Below are positions 1 to 9,808 of a DNA stretch of 59,386 nt, in pieces. The DNA lies in the NCBI GenBank assembly GCA_041687695.1, contig JAWLBL010000039.1, positions 1 through 59,386 on the forward strand, written 5' to 3'. Each line of letters starts with the position of its first letter. Positions within the stretch are counted from its first letter, which is position 1. The position numbers and the translations under genes were made by a program. Source of the stretch: Myxococcota bacterium. GTDB lineage: Bacteria; Myxococcota_A; UBA9042; PHBI01; JAWLBL01. The notes beneath the pieces are model-generated. The model was not told the DNA's origin. It did no database searches and worked only from the letters and a program-made list of their open reading frames with translations.

Positions 1-685
1 ACACTTCCCCTTCTACAGGGACCCGGTGGCCCTCGCACCCCCAGCCAGGCTGGTGACGCTCGGGCCGAGCCTCATACACCACGGGTTGGGACTCTATCCG
101 CAGAGCGTCCGCTTCGGTGTCCGACACCAACACCTGAAACTCCGGCGGAGCGACGATCTCCACCCGCAGCGCCACCCGGGTCCGCCCTCCTCCCATCGCG
201 CCACCAGCAGCCGCGCGTTCCCAGGCCGCGAGCCCGTGCTCCAACCCCACGAGCAGGACCTGCGAGCGTGGGAGTCCATGGAGCAGGCGCCAGGTGCTCC
301 CCGGCGGCTTCGGTGGAACATGGTAGGTTCGCTCGACCGCCAAGCCGGTCTTGCTCTCCTGGTCCGGTCCGGCGGTCATGGGCTCGGGTTCTTCGCCCCA
401 GCGGTGCCACCGGCCCCGGAGCTGCTCGGTCTTTGCCAGCCTCCGCTCACTCCGCGCGAACGCGCCGGTCAGGGTGGTCTTCGCGTGGACGTCGAGTCCC
501 AGGTCGCGCCGGACCTCGATCCGTAGGTCCTCGCGCCAGATGTGGCGTGGCTCGGCCGCTCGGCTCGAACCCGGTAGCCAGGCGAGGAGCACGGCCGCGA
601 TCGCCATCACCGGGAGCCATTGGCAGCTCCAGGGCGTGGCGAGCCGACTCGAAGAGGTCTTCAGCTTGATCGAAGGGGCGCCCAT
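1..685 (-). CDS. Putative secreted hypothetical protein, running off the left window edge
   Basis: Manual translation from ATG 685 (alternative 607) is stop-free to base 2: MGAPSIK...VMAIAAVLLAWLPGSSRAAEPRHIWREDLRIEV..., with a signal-peptide-like segment. It is absent from the ORF track because there is no stop in the window. Confidence 0.5.
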   Translation of the reverse strand, partial: MGAPSIKLKTSSSRLATPWSCQWLPVMAIAAVLLAWLPGSSRAAEPRHIWREDLRIEVRRDLGLDVHAKTTLTGAFARSERRLAKTEQLRGRWHRWGEEPEPMTAGPDQESKTGLAVERTYHVPPKPPGSTWRLLHGLPRSQVLLVGLEHGLAAWERAAAGGAMGGGRTRVALRVEIVAPPEFQVLVSDTEADALRIESQPVVYEARPERHQPGWGCEGHRVPVEGEV

Positions 686-741
686 CGGAGCAAGGTTATG
701 CAGAGCGCGGCGGGCCCGCAATGCGGCCGAGCGACCAGCAC

Positions 742-770
742 TGGAAACGCCGCGGTGCACCCTTTAGTGT
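742..770 (+). promoter_or_regulatory. Candidate sigma70-type promoter for the mph leader
   Basis: TGGAAA (742-747), 17 nt, TAGTGT (765-770); the ATG at 778 lies 7 nt downstream, consistent with a leaderless start. Confidence 0.4.
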
Positions 771-777
771 ACGGGCC

Positions 778-804
778 ATGTTGCTGTTCGACCGGCTGCG
801 CTGA
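778..804 (+). CDS. Putative macrolide-sensing leader peptide MLLFDRLR
   Basis: atg ttg ctg ttc gac cgg ctg cgc tga; R-L-R at codons 6-8 as in ErmDL (MTHSMRLR); ends 163 nt before mph. Confidence 0.65.
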   Translation: MLLFDRLR

Positions 805-967
805 GGCCGCCGCCCCCCGGCTGGGGGGTGGCCGCTGAGCTCTGTTCCGCCCTCTCTTCTCTCCGAGAGGCCCGGGCCGGGGTTCGTGCGCCGGATGCTG
901 GACGCGACGTGCCGCGACGGGCGAGCGAAGCCGTGGCCCTGGGCCCTTCCGACCCAGGAGCTGTTCC

Positions 968-1885
968 ATGACGCGTGTTCCTACCTTGAATGAGCTGCTC
1001 GCCGAGGCCCGGGCGCATGGCCTCGCGCTGACGCCGACCACCGAGCTGGGGGGCTTCGGCCTGGACTTCGCGGTCGCGCAGGCGGCCGAGGCCGACGGGA
1101 CCGTCTGGATGCTGCGGACGCCGCGGCGCGACGACGTTTATGCGACGACGTTGGTCGAGGCGCGCGTGCTGGCGCTGGTGCGGCCGCACCTGTCGGCCGC
1201 GGTGCCGGAGTGGCGCGTGCACACGTCGTCGCTCATCGCCTATCCGCGGCTGTCGGGGACGCCGGCGGTGGTCATCGAGGACGGCGCGCCGCGCTGGCAG
1301 GTCATCGATCCGGCGGCGCCCTGCGAGCCGTTCCTGCGCTCGTACGCGCAGCTGCTGGCGGGGCTGCAGCGCGTGCCGCTCGAGGCCGCCGCGGCCGCCG
1401 CGGTCCCGGTCAAGGCCATCGCCGACGTGCGCGACGAGCACGCCCGCGCCATGGACCTCAACCGGGCCACGCTCGAAGTGCCGGAGCGGCTGTGGGCCCG
1501 CTGGCAGCGCTGGCTCGAAGACGACGCGCTGTGGCCGCCGTTCCTGGCGCTGGTGCACGCCGACCTGCACGCCGCGCACCTGCTGCTCGACGACGCGGGC
1601 CACGTCACCGGCGCCCTGGACTGGACCGAGGCCCACGTCGGCGACCCGGGCACCGACTTCGCCATGGCGTTCGGCACCTTCGGCCGCGCCGCGACCGAGC
1701 GCCTGGTGGCCGAGTTCGAGGCCACCGGCGGCCGCACCTGGCCACGCCTCATCGACCACGCCGCCGAGCGCTGGGCCGCCTTCCCGGCCCTGGGCGCCGA
1801 GTGGGCGCGCCGCACCGGCAACGACTTCGTCATGGACATGGTGCGCCAACGGGTCGCGACCACCGCGGCCGAGATGGCCGCGTGA
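968..1885 (+). CDS. mph: Macrolide 2'-phosphotransferase (Mph family, APH/kinase fold)
   Basis: Mph-typical motifs GLDF, WMLRTPRR, LWARWQRWLEDDALWP, HADLHAAH, LDWTEAHVGDP, GGRTWPRL; SD caggag upstream. Confidence 0.88.
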   Translation: MTRVPTLNELLAEARAHGLALTPTTELGGFGLDFAVAQAAEADGTVWMLRTPRRDDVYATTLVEARVLALVRPHLSAAVPEWRVHTSSLIAYPRLSGTPAVVIEDGAPRWQVIDPAAPCEPFLRSYAQLLAGLQRVPLEAAAAAAVPVKAIADVRDEHARAMDLNRATLEVPERLWARWQRWLEDDALWPPFLALVHADLHAAHLLLDDAGHVTGALDWTEAHVGDPGTDFAMAFGTFGRAATERLVAEFEATGGRTWPRLIDHAAERWAAFPALGAEWARRTGNDFVMDMVRQRVATTAAEMAA

Positions 1886-1936
1886 GGCAGGCCGGTCGGC
1901 GGGCGTCCCCGAGGCCCCGCCGACCGGCGCGCTGCA

Positions 1937-4780
1937 TCAGTCGAAGATGTAGTACCTGACGTCGTGGACCCAGGTGTCGCCGAGCACCGAGCCGTCGAAG
2001 CCGCCGAACAGGACGACCTCCTGGTTGGCCGCGTCGTAGGCGAAGCCCTTGACGTCACGCGGCGTGAAGACGTTGGCGGCCAGGGCCGGCGTCACGTCGA
2101 GCCACACGTCGCCGTCGAGCTCCCAGACGGCGGAGGTGAAGGTCGGCGAGACGCCGTCGCGCCCGCCGAACAGCACGAAGCGCCGGCCGATGGGGTCATA
2201 GACCAGGCCCGCGCGGTCCAGGACGCCGGGGGCGCTGGTCGCCGAGACCTCGTCCCAGGCGCCGGTGTCGACGTCGAGCTGCCAGGTGTCCTCGAACTGG
2301 TTGCCGGCCAGATCGACGCCGCCGTACATGAGCACGACCCGCTGCTCGGGATCCCAGGCCATCACGGCGTTCTGCCGGGCCGCCGGCCACGGGCCGACCT
2401 GCGGGACCTGATACCAGGCGCCGTCGTAGACGCGCAGGTCGTCGAAGACCTGCAGGCCGTTTTCGCCGCCGAAGACGACCAGCTCGCCGTCGGTCGCGAC
2501 CATCGCGGCGTTGCCGCGAGCCGCCGGCCAGGCCGGCCCGGGGAAGCCCGGCGTCAGGTCCGTCCAGTCGGTGCCGTCCCAGTGCCAGAGATCCCGCTGG
2601 TACGAGCCCCCGCTCAGGCCGCCGAACAAGTAGGCGCCGTCGCCGTCGTAGGCGTCGGCCATCGCGTGCCGCGTGCGGCCGCCGGGGTCCGTCGCGGTGG
2701 CCGAGCAGCTCCAGGCCGCCCCATCGAACAGGCACGTGTCCGGGGCCAGCACGCCGCCGCCGTCGCGCCCGCCGAACATCACGACCTCGCCGCGGTCCGC
2801 GTCGTAGGCCATGGCGTGCATCCGGCGCGCGGCCGGCTGCGCGCCGGTGACCTCCGTCCAGCGTCGGGTCGTGTGGAGCGTGCGCGTGCCGCCCAGGACC
2901 GGCGACATCAGGTCGCTGAACGCGAGATCCACGGTGTGTTCGCCGGCCGTGGTGGTCGCGAAGATCGGCTCGGGGTACTGCTGGTCGACGCCGTCGACGG
3001 TCCACTGGTACAGCACGAGGTCTCCGTCGGCGTCGGTGGCCTCGGCCGTCAGGCGAAACCGCCTGCACGTCTTCGGCGAGGCGCAGTTCACGCTGGGCTG
3101 CAGCCGCTCGGCCGTGGCGGAGACGAAGACCGGCGCCGAGTTGACCGGCACACCGCCGGACAGCGGCCAGGCGGGCGCCAGGGTCACGCCGCCGCGCCGA
3201 TCCGAGACGACCAGCACGACCCGGTCACCGACCCGGCTGGTGGTCATCGACGCGCCCCAGGCGAAGTCGGTCGGGTCGTAGGTCGCGTCCGTCCCGATGC
3301 GCCAGAAGTACAGGGGCGCCTCGGGGTCGTCGTCGGTCGCGGTCGCCGTGCAGGTCAGGTCGACGCCGGCCGCGCACGCCACACCCGTGATGGTGGGTCG
3401 GGTGTTGGCGGGGAGGAACGGACCGCGGCGCACCGCGACCTCGGCCCAGTCGGCGGTCGCGTCGACGACGCTGATGTACAGCTCCTCGTCGGGGTCCGAG
3501 TAGACGCGGTGAGGCAACAGAGCGCTGTCCTTCGAGTTCTTGGTGGGCGTCTCCTTGGTCGCGTCGACGACTTCGTTACCCCCGCCGCTGACCCGCTTGA
3601 CCATCACGCCTTCGCGCAGGATGCCCGGGATGTTTCCGTCGAAGGTGCCTCCGTCGCGCCGCGCCTCGACGTAGTAGGACTCGCCCGAGGCCAGCTCGAC
3701 CTTCACCCCCTTGCGCTCGTCCTCGTTGCGCGCCAGCGCGTAGACGGTGCCATCCCAGGACGTGGTGGCCGTGTCCACGAGGTCGACGTGCGTGGCCTCG
3801 AGCCAATCCAGGCGCAGCTTCTGCTTGACGCTGAAGTGACCGCGGTTGGCGGCGGCCCCCATCGTGTCGGTGAGATCGCCGTACTCGACGACTTCGCCAT
3901 CGATGGAGCTGATGTGGCTCGAGTGACCCAGCCCACCGGTGCCGCCTGGCAGGGCGTGGCCGATCTCGTGGACGAAGGTGCCCATCTTCGAGTTGCTGAA
4001 CGTGTCGAAGTTCTTCACCCACATGTAGTTGGTCTTCAGAGCGATGGCCGTGACGCAGTCGCTGGGGTCCGGGACGTTTTCGGTGAGCATGTCGCAGGCG
4101 CCGCCGAGGTCACCGGTGGGGCCCGAGCGCGCCATGGCGATGATGTTGTAGCCGGTGAAGTCGGGCGCGTGGTCGCCGCAGACGTCGGTCAGCACGCCCC
4201 AGTTGGCCCAGCCGGGCTTGCCCCAGACGTAGCGGTACCAGTGGCCGCCGGGCTTGGCGAACAGATCGATGTCGACGACCAGACGCCCATAGGAGGCCTC
4301 GCCGAACCAGTCGCGCATGTGCCCTTCGAGCGTCGCGTGGATGAGCGCCGTGTCATGGGCCCCGACGGCGCCGACGTCGGGATCGGCCGGCGAGTTGGCG
4401 CCGGACAGGTCGTGGAAGCCGTCCGCGTCGGCGTCGTCCGAGATCCCGTCGCCGTCCTCGTCCAGCGAGGGGTCGGGCTGCTCGTTGTTGAGCAGGACCA
4501 CGGCGATGCGGGTCCGCTCGCACCAGGTCCCGTTGCCGAGGGTCATCCCGCTGAGGGTGTAGCACTCGGGGGTGTCGGTCGGCGGCGGGGTGGGGTCGGC
4601 CGCGAGCGCCTCCTCGCAGCTCGTCGGGAGCGGCCACAGGAAGGTTGCGCCGGTGCAGGCGTGGGTGATGGGCGCGGCGAGCGCCGCGGTGGACCAGGTG
4701 ACGCCGACGGTCGCGGCGAGGGCCATCAGGCCCCCGAGCCGGCGGCGCGGTGAAACGCGAAGGGATCGATGCACGAACAT
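1937..4780 (-). CDS. Secreted M11/gametolysin-like zinc metalloprotease with Ig-like domains and a C-terminal Kelch beta-propeller
   Basis: Signal peptide (..TWSTAALA); HEIGH...GLGH and EYGDLTDTMG; six Kelch repeats (R..HAMAYD..VVMFGG..DT/W). Start is 4780 or 4726. Confidence 0.75.
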   Translation of the reverse strand: MFVHRSLRVSPRRRLGGLMALAATVGVTWSTAALAAPITHACTGATFLWPLPTSCEEALAADPTPPPTDTPECYTLSGMTLGNGTWCERTRIAVVLLNNEQPDPSLDEDGDGISDDADADGFHDLSGANSPADPDVGAVGAHDTALIHATLEGHMRDWFGEASYGRLVVDIDLFAKPGGHWYRYVWGKPGWANWGVLTDVCGDHAPDFTGYNIIAMARSGPTGDLGGACDMLTENVPDPSDCVTAIALKTNYMWVKNFDTFSNSKMGTFVHEIGHALPGGTGGLGHSSHISSIDGEVVEYGDLTDTMGAAANRGHFSVKQKLRLDWLEATHVDLVDTATTSWDGTVYALARNEDERKGVKVELASGESYYVEARRDGGTFDGNIPGILREGVMVKRVSGGGNEVVDATKETPTKNSKDSALLPHRVYSDPDEELYISVVDATADWAEVAVRRGPFLPANTRPTITGVACAAGVDLTCTATATDDDPEAPLYFWRIGTDATYDPTDFAWGASMTTSRVGDRVVLVVSDRRGGVTLAPAWPLSGGVPVNSAPVFVSATAERLQPSVNCASPKTCRRFRLTAEATDADGDLVLYQWTVDGVDQQYPEPIFATTTAGEHTVDLAFSDLMSPVLGGTRTLHTTRRWTEVTGAQPAARRMHAMAYDADRGEVVMFGGRDGGGVLAPDTCLFDGAAWSCSATATDPGGRTRHAMADAYDGDGAYLFGGLSGGSYQRDLWHWDGTDWTDLTPGFPGPAWPAARGNAAMVATDGELVVFGGENGLQVFDDLRVYDGAWYQVPQVGPWPAARQNAVMAWDPEQRVVLMYGGVDLAGNQFEDTWQLDVDTGAWDEVSATSAPGVLDRAGLVYDPIGRRFVLFGGRDGVSPTFTSAVWELDGDVWLDVTPALAANVFTPRDVKGFAYDAANQEVVLFGGFDGSVLGDTWVHDVRYYIFD

Positions 4781-5120
4781 CCTCACTCTCGCAGCCCGTT
4801 TGCTGCGCTGCAGTCGAGCGAACCCCGAAGCCGCGCCACACTCGTGAGCGCAACGGCTCGCCCTCTCGGTCGTTGGGACCGGAGGGGCGCCCGCGCCTGT
4901 CAACGCGCTCGCAGTGGACCCGCTGGGGCCCGCGCCGTTCGGGCGTCATCGGTCCTTACACGGCGTAACAGCGGGCGCGTCGAAGCGACGAGGCAACGCG
5001 AGCTCGAGCCCGTGTGTGGGTTCGCGCACAGTGCGTGCCACCCACCCACCCTTCGCAGAGGACGCGATGCACGAAGCCAAGCCGCAGGCCGTGATCGCGG
5101 ACTACCGCCGCAAGCGCTGA

Positions 5121-6140
5121 TCAGCGCGAGGCCTCGACCCGCCAGGTGCCCTCGCCCAGGTCGGTCAGGGTGAAGCGCGTCGGCAGAAAGCGCTGCGCGA
5201 CCTCGAGGTTGGTCGTCAGGTGGCTGGAGGGGCGGACGGTCGTGAAGCGGCCGCCGCCCGCCATCGCCAGCGGCAGCACCAGCTGGTCGGCCAGGTGCTC
5301 CTCGACCGCGGCCTCGCTCTCGAGCCACCGCTCCGCCGCGCCCGCGGCCTCGTCCGCGACCGCCTCGGCCGGCACGCCCCGCCGCCCGAAGCCCACGAAC
5401 ACCGCGGTCGGCGCGTCCGACTCGGCCTCGATGAACAGCGTGTTGCCCGCCGAGACGCTGTCGCGCGTGTGCTCGACCGTCCCCTCGACCTCGGGGCCGA
5501 GCCGCTCGGCGACCCGCGCCAGCTCGCGCCGGCCGATGTCCATCGGCAGATGCGCCAGATAGGCGCGGGCGCGCAAACGCCGCACTTCGCCGCGCTGCGT
5601 CAGGTCCAGCGGCCGCAGCCCACCCGCAGGCGGCACCACGTTCAGCACCAGCCGGCCGCCGCCGGCCGGGTAGAAGCCCGGCCGCTCCATGGTCAGCGTG
5701 ACCTCGGCGCCCATCCGCGCCAGCGCCGGCAGGAACGAGCGCGCGACGAAGTCGTAGGGCGGCGCGTGCTCGTTGTGGGTGCCGCCCTCGAGCACCACCC
5801 GCGAGGGCCCCGAGGCCGCCAGCAGCGGCGGCAGCACGGTCTGCATCACCAACGTCGCGCTGCCGGCGGTCCCGATCGCGAACCGGTACTCGCCCGGCCG
5901 CACCTCGCCGGGGTGGAAGGTCAGCGCGGTCGACCGCAGCTCGGCGCCCTCGACCCGCCCGCCGCAGATGGCCGCCGCGGCCTCCACCGCGGTCAGGTGC
6001 TGGCGCGCCAGGCCCGGCTTGGACCGGTTGGCCCGGATGCGCTCGATGCGGAAGGGCCGCCCGGTCAGGATGGACAGCGACAGCGACGAGCGCAGGATCT
6101 GCCCGCCGCCCTCGCCCATCGCGCCGTCTAGGATCAACAT
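5121..6140 (-). CDS. rtcA: RNA 3'-terminal phosphate cyclase
   Basis: MLILDGAMGEGGGQILRSSLSLS, IRANRSKPGLARQHL, GGTHNEHAPP, GFYPAGGG, EHLADQL, SHLTTN. Confidence 0.97.
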   Translation of the reverse strand: MLILDGAMGEGGGQILRSSLSLSILTGRPFRIERIRANRSKPGLARQHLTAVEAAAAICGGRVEGAELRSTALTFHPGEVRPGEYRFAIGTAGSATLVMQTVLPPLLAASGPSRVVLEGGTHNEHAPPYDFVARSFLPALARMGAEVTLTMERPGFYPAGGGRLVLNVVPPAGGLRPLDLTQRGEVRRLRARAYLAHLPMDIGRRELARVAERLGPEVEGTVEHTRDSVSAGNTLFIEAESDAPTAVFVGFGRRGVPAEAVADEAAGAAERWLESEAAVEEHLADQLVLPLAMAGGGRFTTVRPSSHLTTNLEVAQRFLPTRFTLTDLGEGTWRVEASR

Positions 6141-6192
6141 GGTTCGGCTCCGGTCTTCGTGTCCGCCGCAGGTTAGTAGCACGCGCCGACCT

Positions 6193-6208
6193 TGCACGCG
6201 CCATGCCA
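6193..6208 (-). promoter_or_regulatory. sigma54 (-24/-12) promoter of rtcA
   Basis: Minus strand TGGCATGGCGCGTGCA = GG-N10-GC, about 50 nt upstream of the ATG. Confidence 0.75.
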
Positions 6209-6281
6209 GCCCGCCAGGCCACGGGGTTCGCCGCCCAGAGCGGTCGCAAAGTCGCCAATGGATTCGCCACGCCTCGCGTCC

Positions 6282-6423
6282 AGCGCGGCGAGCCGCGCTA
6301 CGCCGGAGCACGAGCGAGCTCGTGCAGTCCGGTCGTCGCTCTCTGAGGTGGATCCTTGGCGGCGAGTGTTGACGGACTGCCCCAGCTCGCTGGGGCTCGA
6401 GGGCCCGCGCAGCTCGCTGCGCG
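6282..6423. repeat. Inverted doublet of double-hairpin REP-like elements (CGGACT head)
   Basis: Minus copy 6282-6331 and plus copy 6373-6423; each is CGGACT-stem8-TC-stem8, a linker, then a second hairpin; related copies at 23477-23603 and 52261-52309. Confidence 0.8.
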
Positions 6424-6479
6424 CAACGCTCGACGGACTTTGCGATGGCCCTGGTTCGCCGCCGGGCCGGGCGCGCTGG

Positions 6480-6503
6480 TATCCCCTGGGATAATGGTCT
6501 ATC
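6480..6503. promoter_or_regulatory. Candidate RtcR upstream activator or autoregulatory site
   Basis: TATC-ccctgg-GATA-atggtc-TATC; same spacing as 9601-9624. Confidence 0.55.
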
Positions 6504-6512
6504 ACCTGGGCC

Positions 6513-8135
<1,623 letters not shown>

Positions 8136-8214
8136 CCGCCGCCCTCGGACACCGGGAGCTGCGCCGACCGGAGAGGACGCACGCACGCGCGCGCGCTCCG
8201 GCCGGCGACCGCCC

Positions 8215-9444
8215 TCACCCCTTCACGCAGAGCACCTGGCGCAGCGTGTGCACGACGTCGACGAGATCCGCCTGGGCGGCCATCACGGCGTCGATGGGCT
8301 TGTAGGCCCCGGGCGTCTCGTCGATGACCTCGGCGTCTTTACGGCACTCGACGCCGGCGGTCGCCGCCGCGTGCTCCTCGAGCGTGAAGCGCTTTCGCGC
8401 CGCCGTCCGGCTCATCAGCCGCCCGGCGCCGTGGCTGCAGCTGTGGAAGCTGTCGGGGTTGCCTCGCCCGCGCACGATGAACGACCGCGCGCCCATGCTG
8501 CCGGGGATGATGCCCAGCTCGCCCTCGCGCGCCCGCACCGCGCCCTTGCGCGTCACCCAGACGTTCTCGCCGAAGTGGTGCTCGCGCGACACGTAGTTGT
8601 GGTGGCAGTTGACCGCCTCGACCCGCGCCTCGAAGGGCCGCAGCTCGCCCGAGCCGGCCAGCGCCCCCAGCACGGCCGCCATCATCACCTCGCGGTTGTG
8701 CATGGCGAAGTCCTGCGCCCAGGCCACCGCCTCGACGTAGGCGCCGAAGTGCTGCGACCCCTCGGGCAGGTAGGCGAGGTCGCGGTCCGGCAGCTGCACG
8801 TGCCAGCGCTCCATCTCGCGCCGCGCCAGCTCGATGAAGGTCGTCCCGATGCGGTTGCCCACCCCGCGCGACCCGCTGTGCAGCATCACCCACACGCGCT
8901 CGGCCTCGTCCAGGCACAGCTCGATGAAGTGGTTGCCGGTCCCGAGCGTGCCCAGGTGCTGCGCCGTGTTGGCCTGCGCCAGCTTCGGATACCGCTCCAC
9001 CAGCGCCCGGAAGCCCGGCTCGAGCCCCTTCCACACCTCGGCCACCGCGTCGGGCACCTCGCCCCAGGCGCCCCGGTCGCCGCGGCCGCCGTGGTGGGTC
9101 CGCCCGTGCGGCACCGCGCGCTCGATGGCCGCTCGCAGCCCGCCCAGCGCGTCCGGCAGGTCCGCCGCGCCGAGGCTGGTCCGCACGGCCATCATCCCGC
9201 AGCCGATGTCGACCCCGACCGCCGCCGGGATGATCGCCTTGCGGGTCGGCACCACCGACCCGACCGTCGCCCCGAGGCCCACGTGCACGTCCGGCATCGC
9301 CGCGACCCACCCGTGCACGAACGGCAGCGACGCCGTCCGCTCCAGCTGCTCCATCGCCTTCGGCTCGACCGGCACGCCCCGCGTCCAGGCCTTGATCATC
9401 CCCGCGCCGCGGCGCAGGACCTCGTGAGAGTTCGTCGTGCTCAT
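8215..9444 (-). CDS. rtcB: RNA-splicing/repair ligase RtcB
   Basis: AMPDVHVGLGATVGSV, AVGVDIGCGM, LGTLGTGNHFIE, LHSGSRG, NCHHNY, IPGSMG, SCSHGAGR, DETPGAYK, LCVKG. Confidence 0.98.
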   Translation of the reverse strand: MSTTNSHEVLRRGAGMIKAWTRGVPVEPKAMEQLERTASLPFVHGWVAAMPDVHVGLGATVGSVVPTRKAIIPAAVGVDIGCGMMAVRTSLGAADLPDALGGLRAAIERAVPHGRTHHGGRGDRGAWGEVPDAVAEVWKGLEPGFRALVERYPKLAQANTAQHLGTLGTGNHFIELCLDEAERVWVMLHSGSRGVGNRIGTTFIELARREMERWHVQLPDRDLAYLPEGSQHFGAYVEAVAWAQDFAMHNREVMMAAVLGALAGSGELRPFEARVEAVNCHHNYVSREHHFGENVWVTRKGAVRAREGELGIIPGSMGARSFIVRGRGNPDSFHSCSHGAGRLMSRTAARKRFTLEEHAAATAGVECRKDAEVIDETPGAYKPIDAVMAAQADLVDVVHTLRQVLCVKG

Positions 9445-9496
9445 CGTCTCGTCCCGTTCCTCATCGGTCGCCCCAACCGGCGACGCAGGGCTACAA

Positions 9497-9512
9497 AGCA
9501 CGGGGCGTGCCA
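9497..9512 (-). promoter_or_regulatory. sigma54 promoter of rtcB
   Basis: Minus strand TGGCACGCCCCGTGCT, a near-consensus match to TGGCACG-N4-TTGC. Confidence 0.85.
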
Positions 9513-9600
9513 ACGCTCGGAGACGGCGTCGCCACCTTGGCATGCTGGGCCTTGGTGTCGGCAGGCCGGCCTCTCGGCCGATCCCGCGACGGCAGGAAAC

Positions 9601-9624
9601 TAGCCATGAAGATAGCTATGTATC
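9601..9624. promoter_or_regulatory. Candidate RtcR upstream activator site for rtcB
   Basis: TAGC-catgaa-GATA-gctatg-TATC, about 90-110 nt upstream of the -24 element; an AT-rich patch in GC-rich DNA. Confidence 0.55.
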
Positions 9625-9808
9625 CACACGACTCGTCGCGAGTCACCCACCGCGCAGGTGGTGCCCTCGTAGGGGGGCGCAACGCCGGTTGTTGGCCTCC
9701 TTGGCCACGAACCTGGGTGAGAGCGGGCTTGCATCGGACCGACTGGCGCTCACAAGATGCCGCCCCGCGGCGGACCCCTTCGTCGCCGTCCGCCCGAGGA
9801 GCCCGCCG

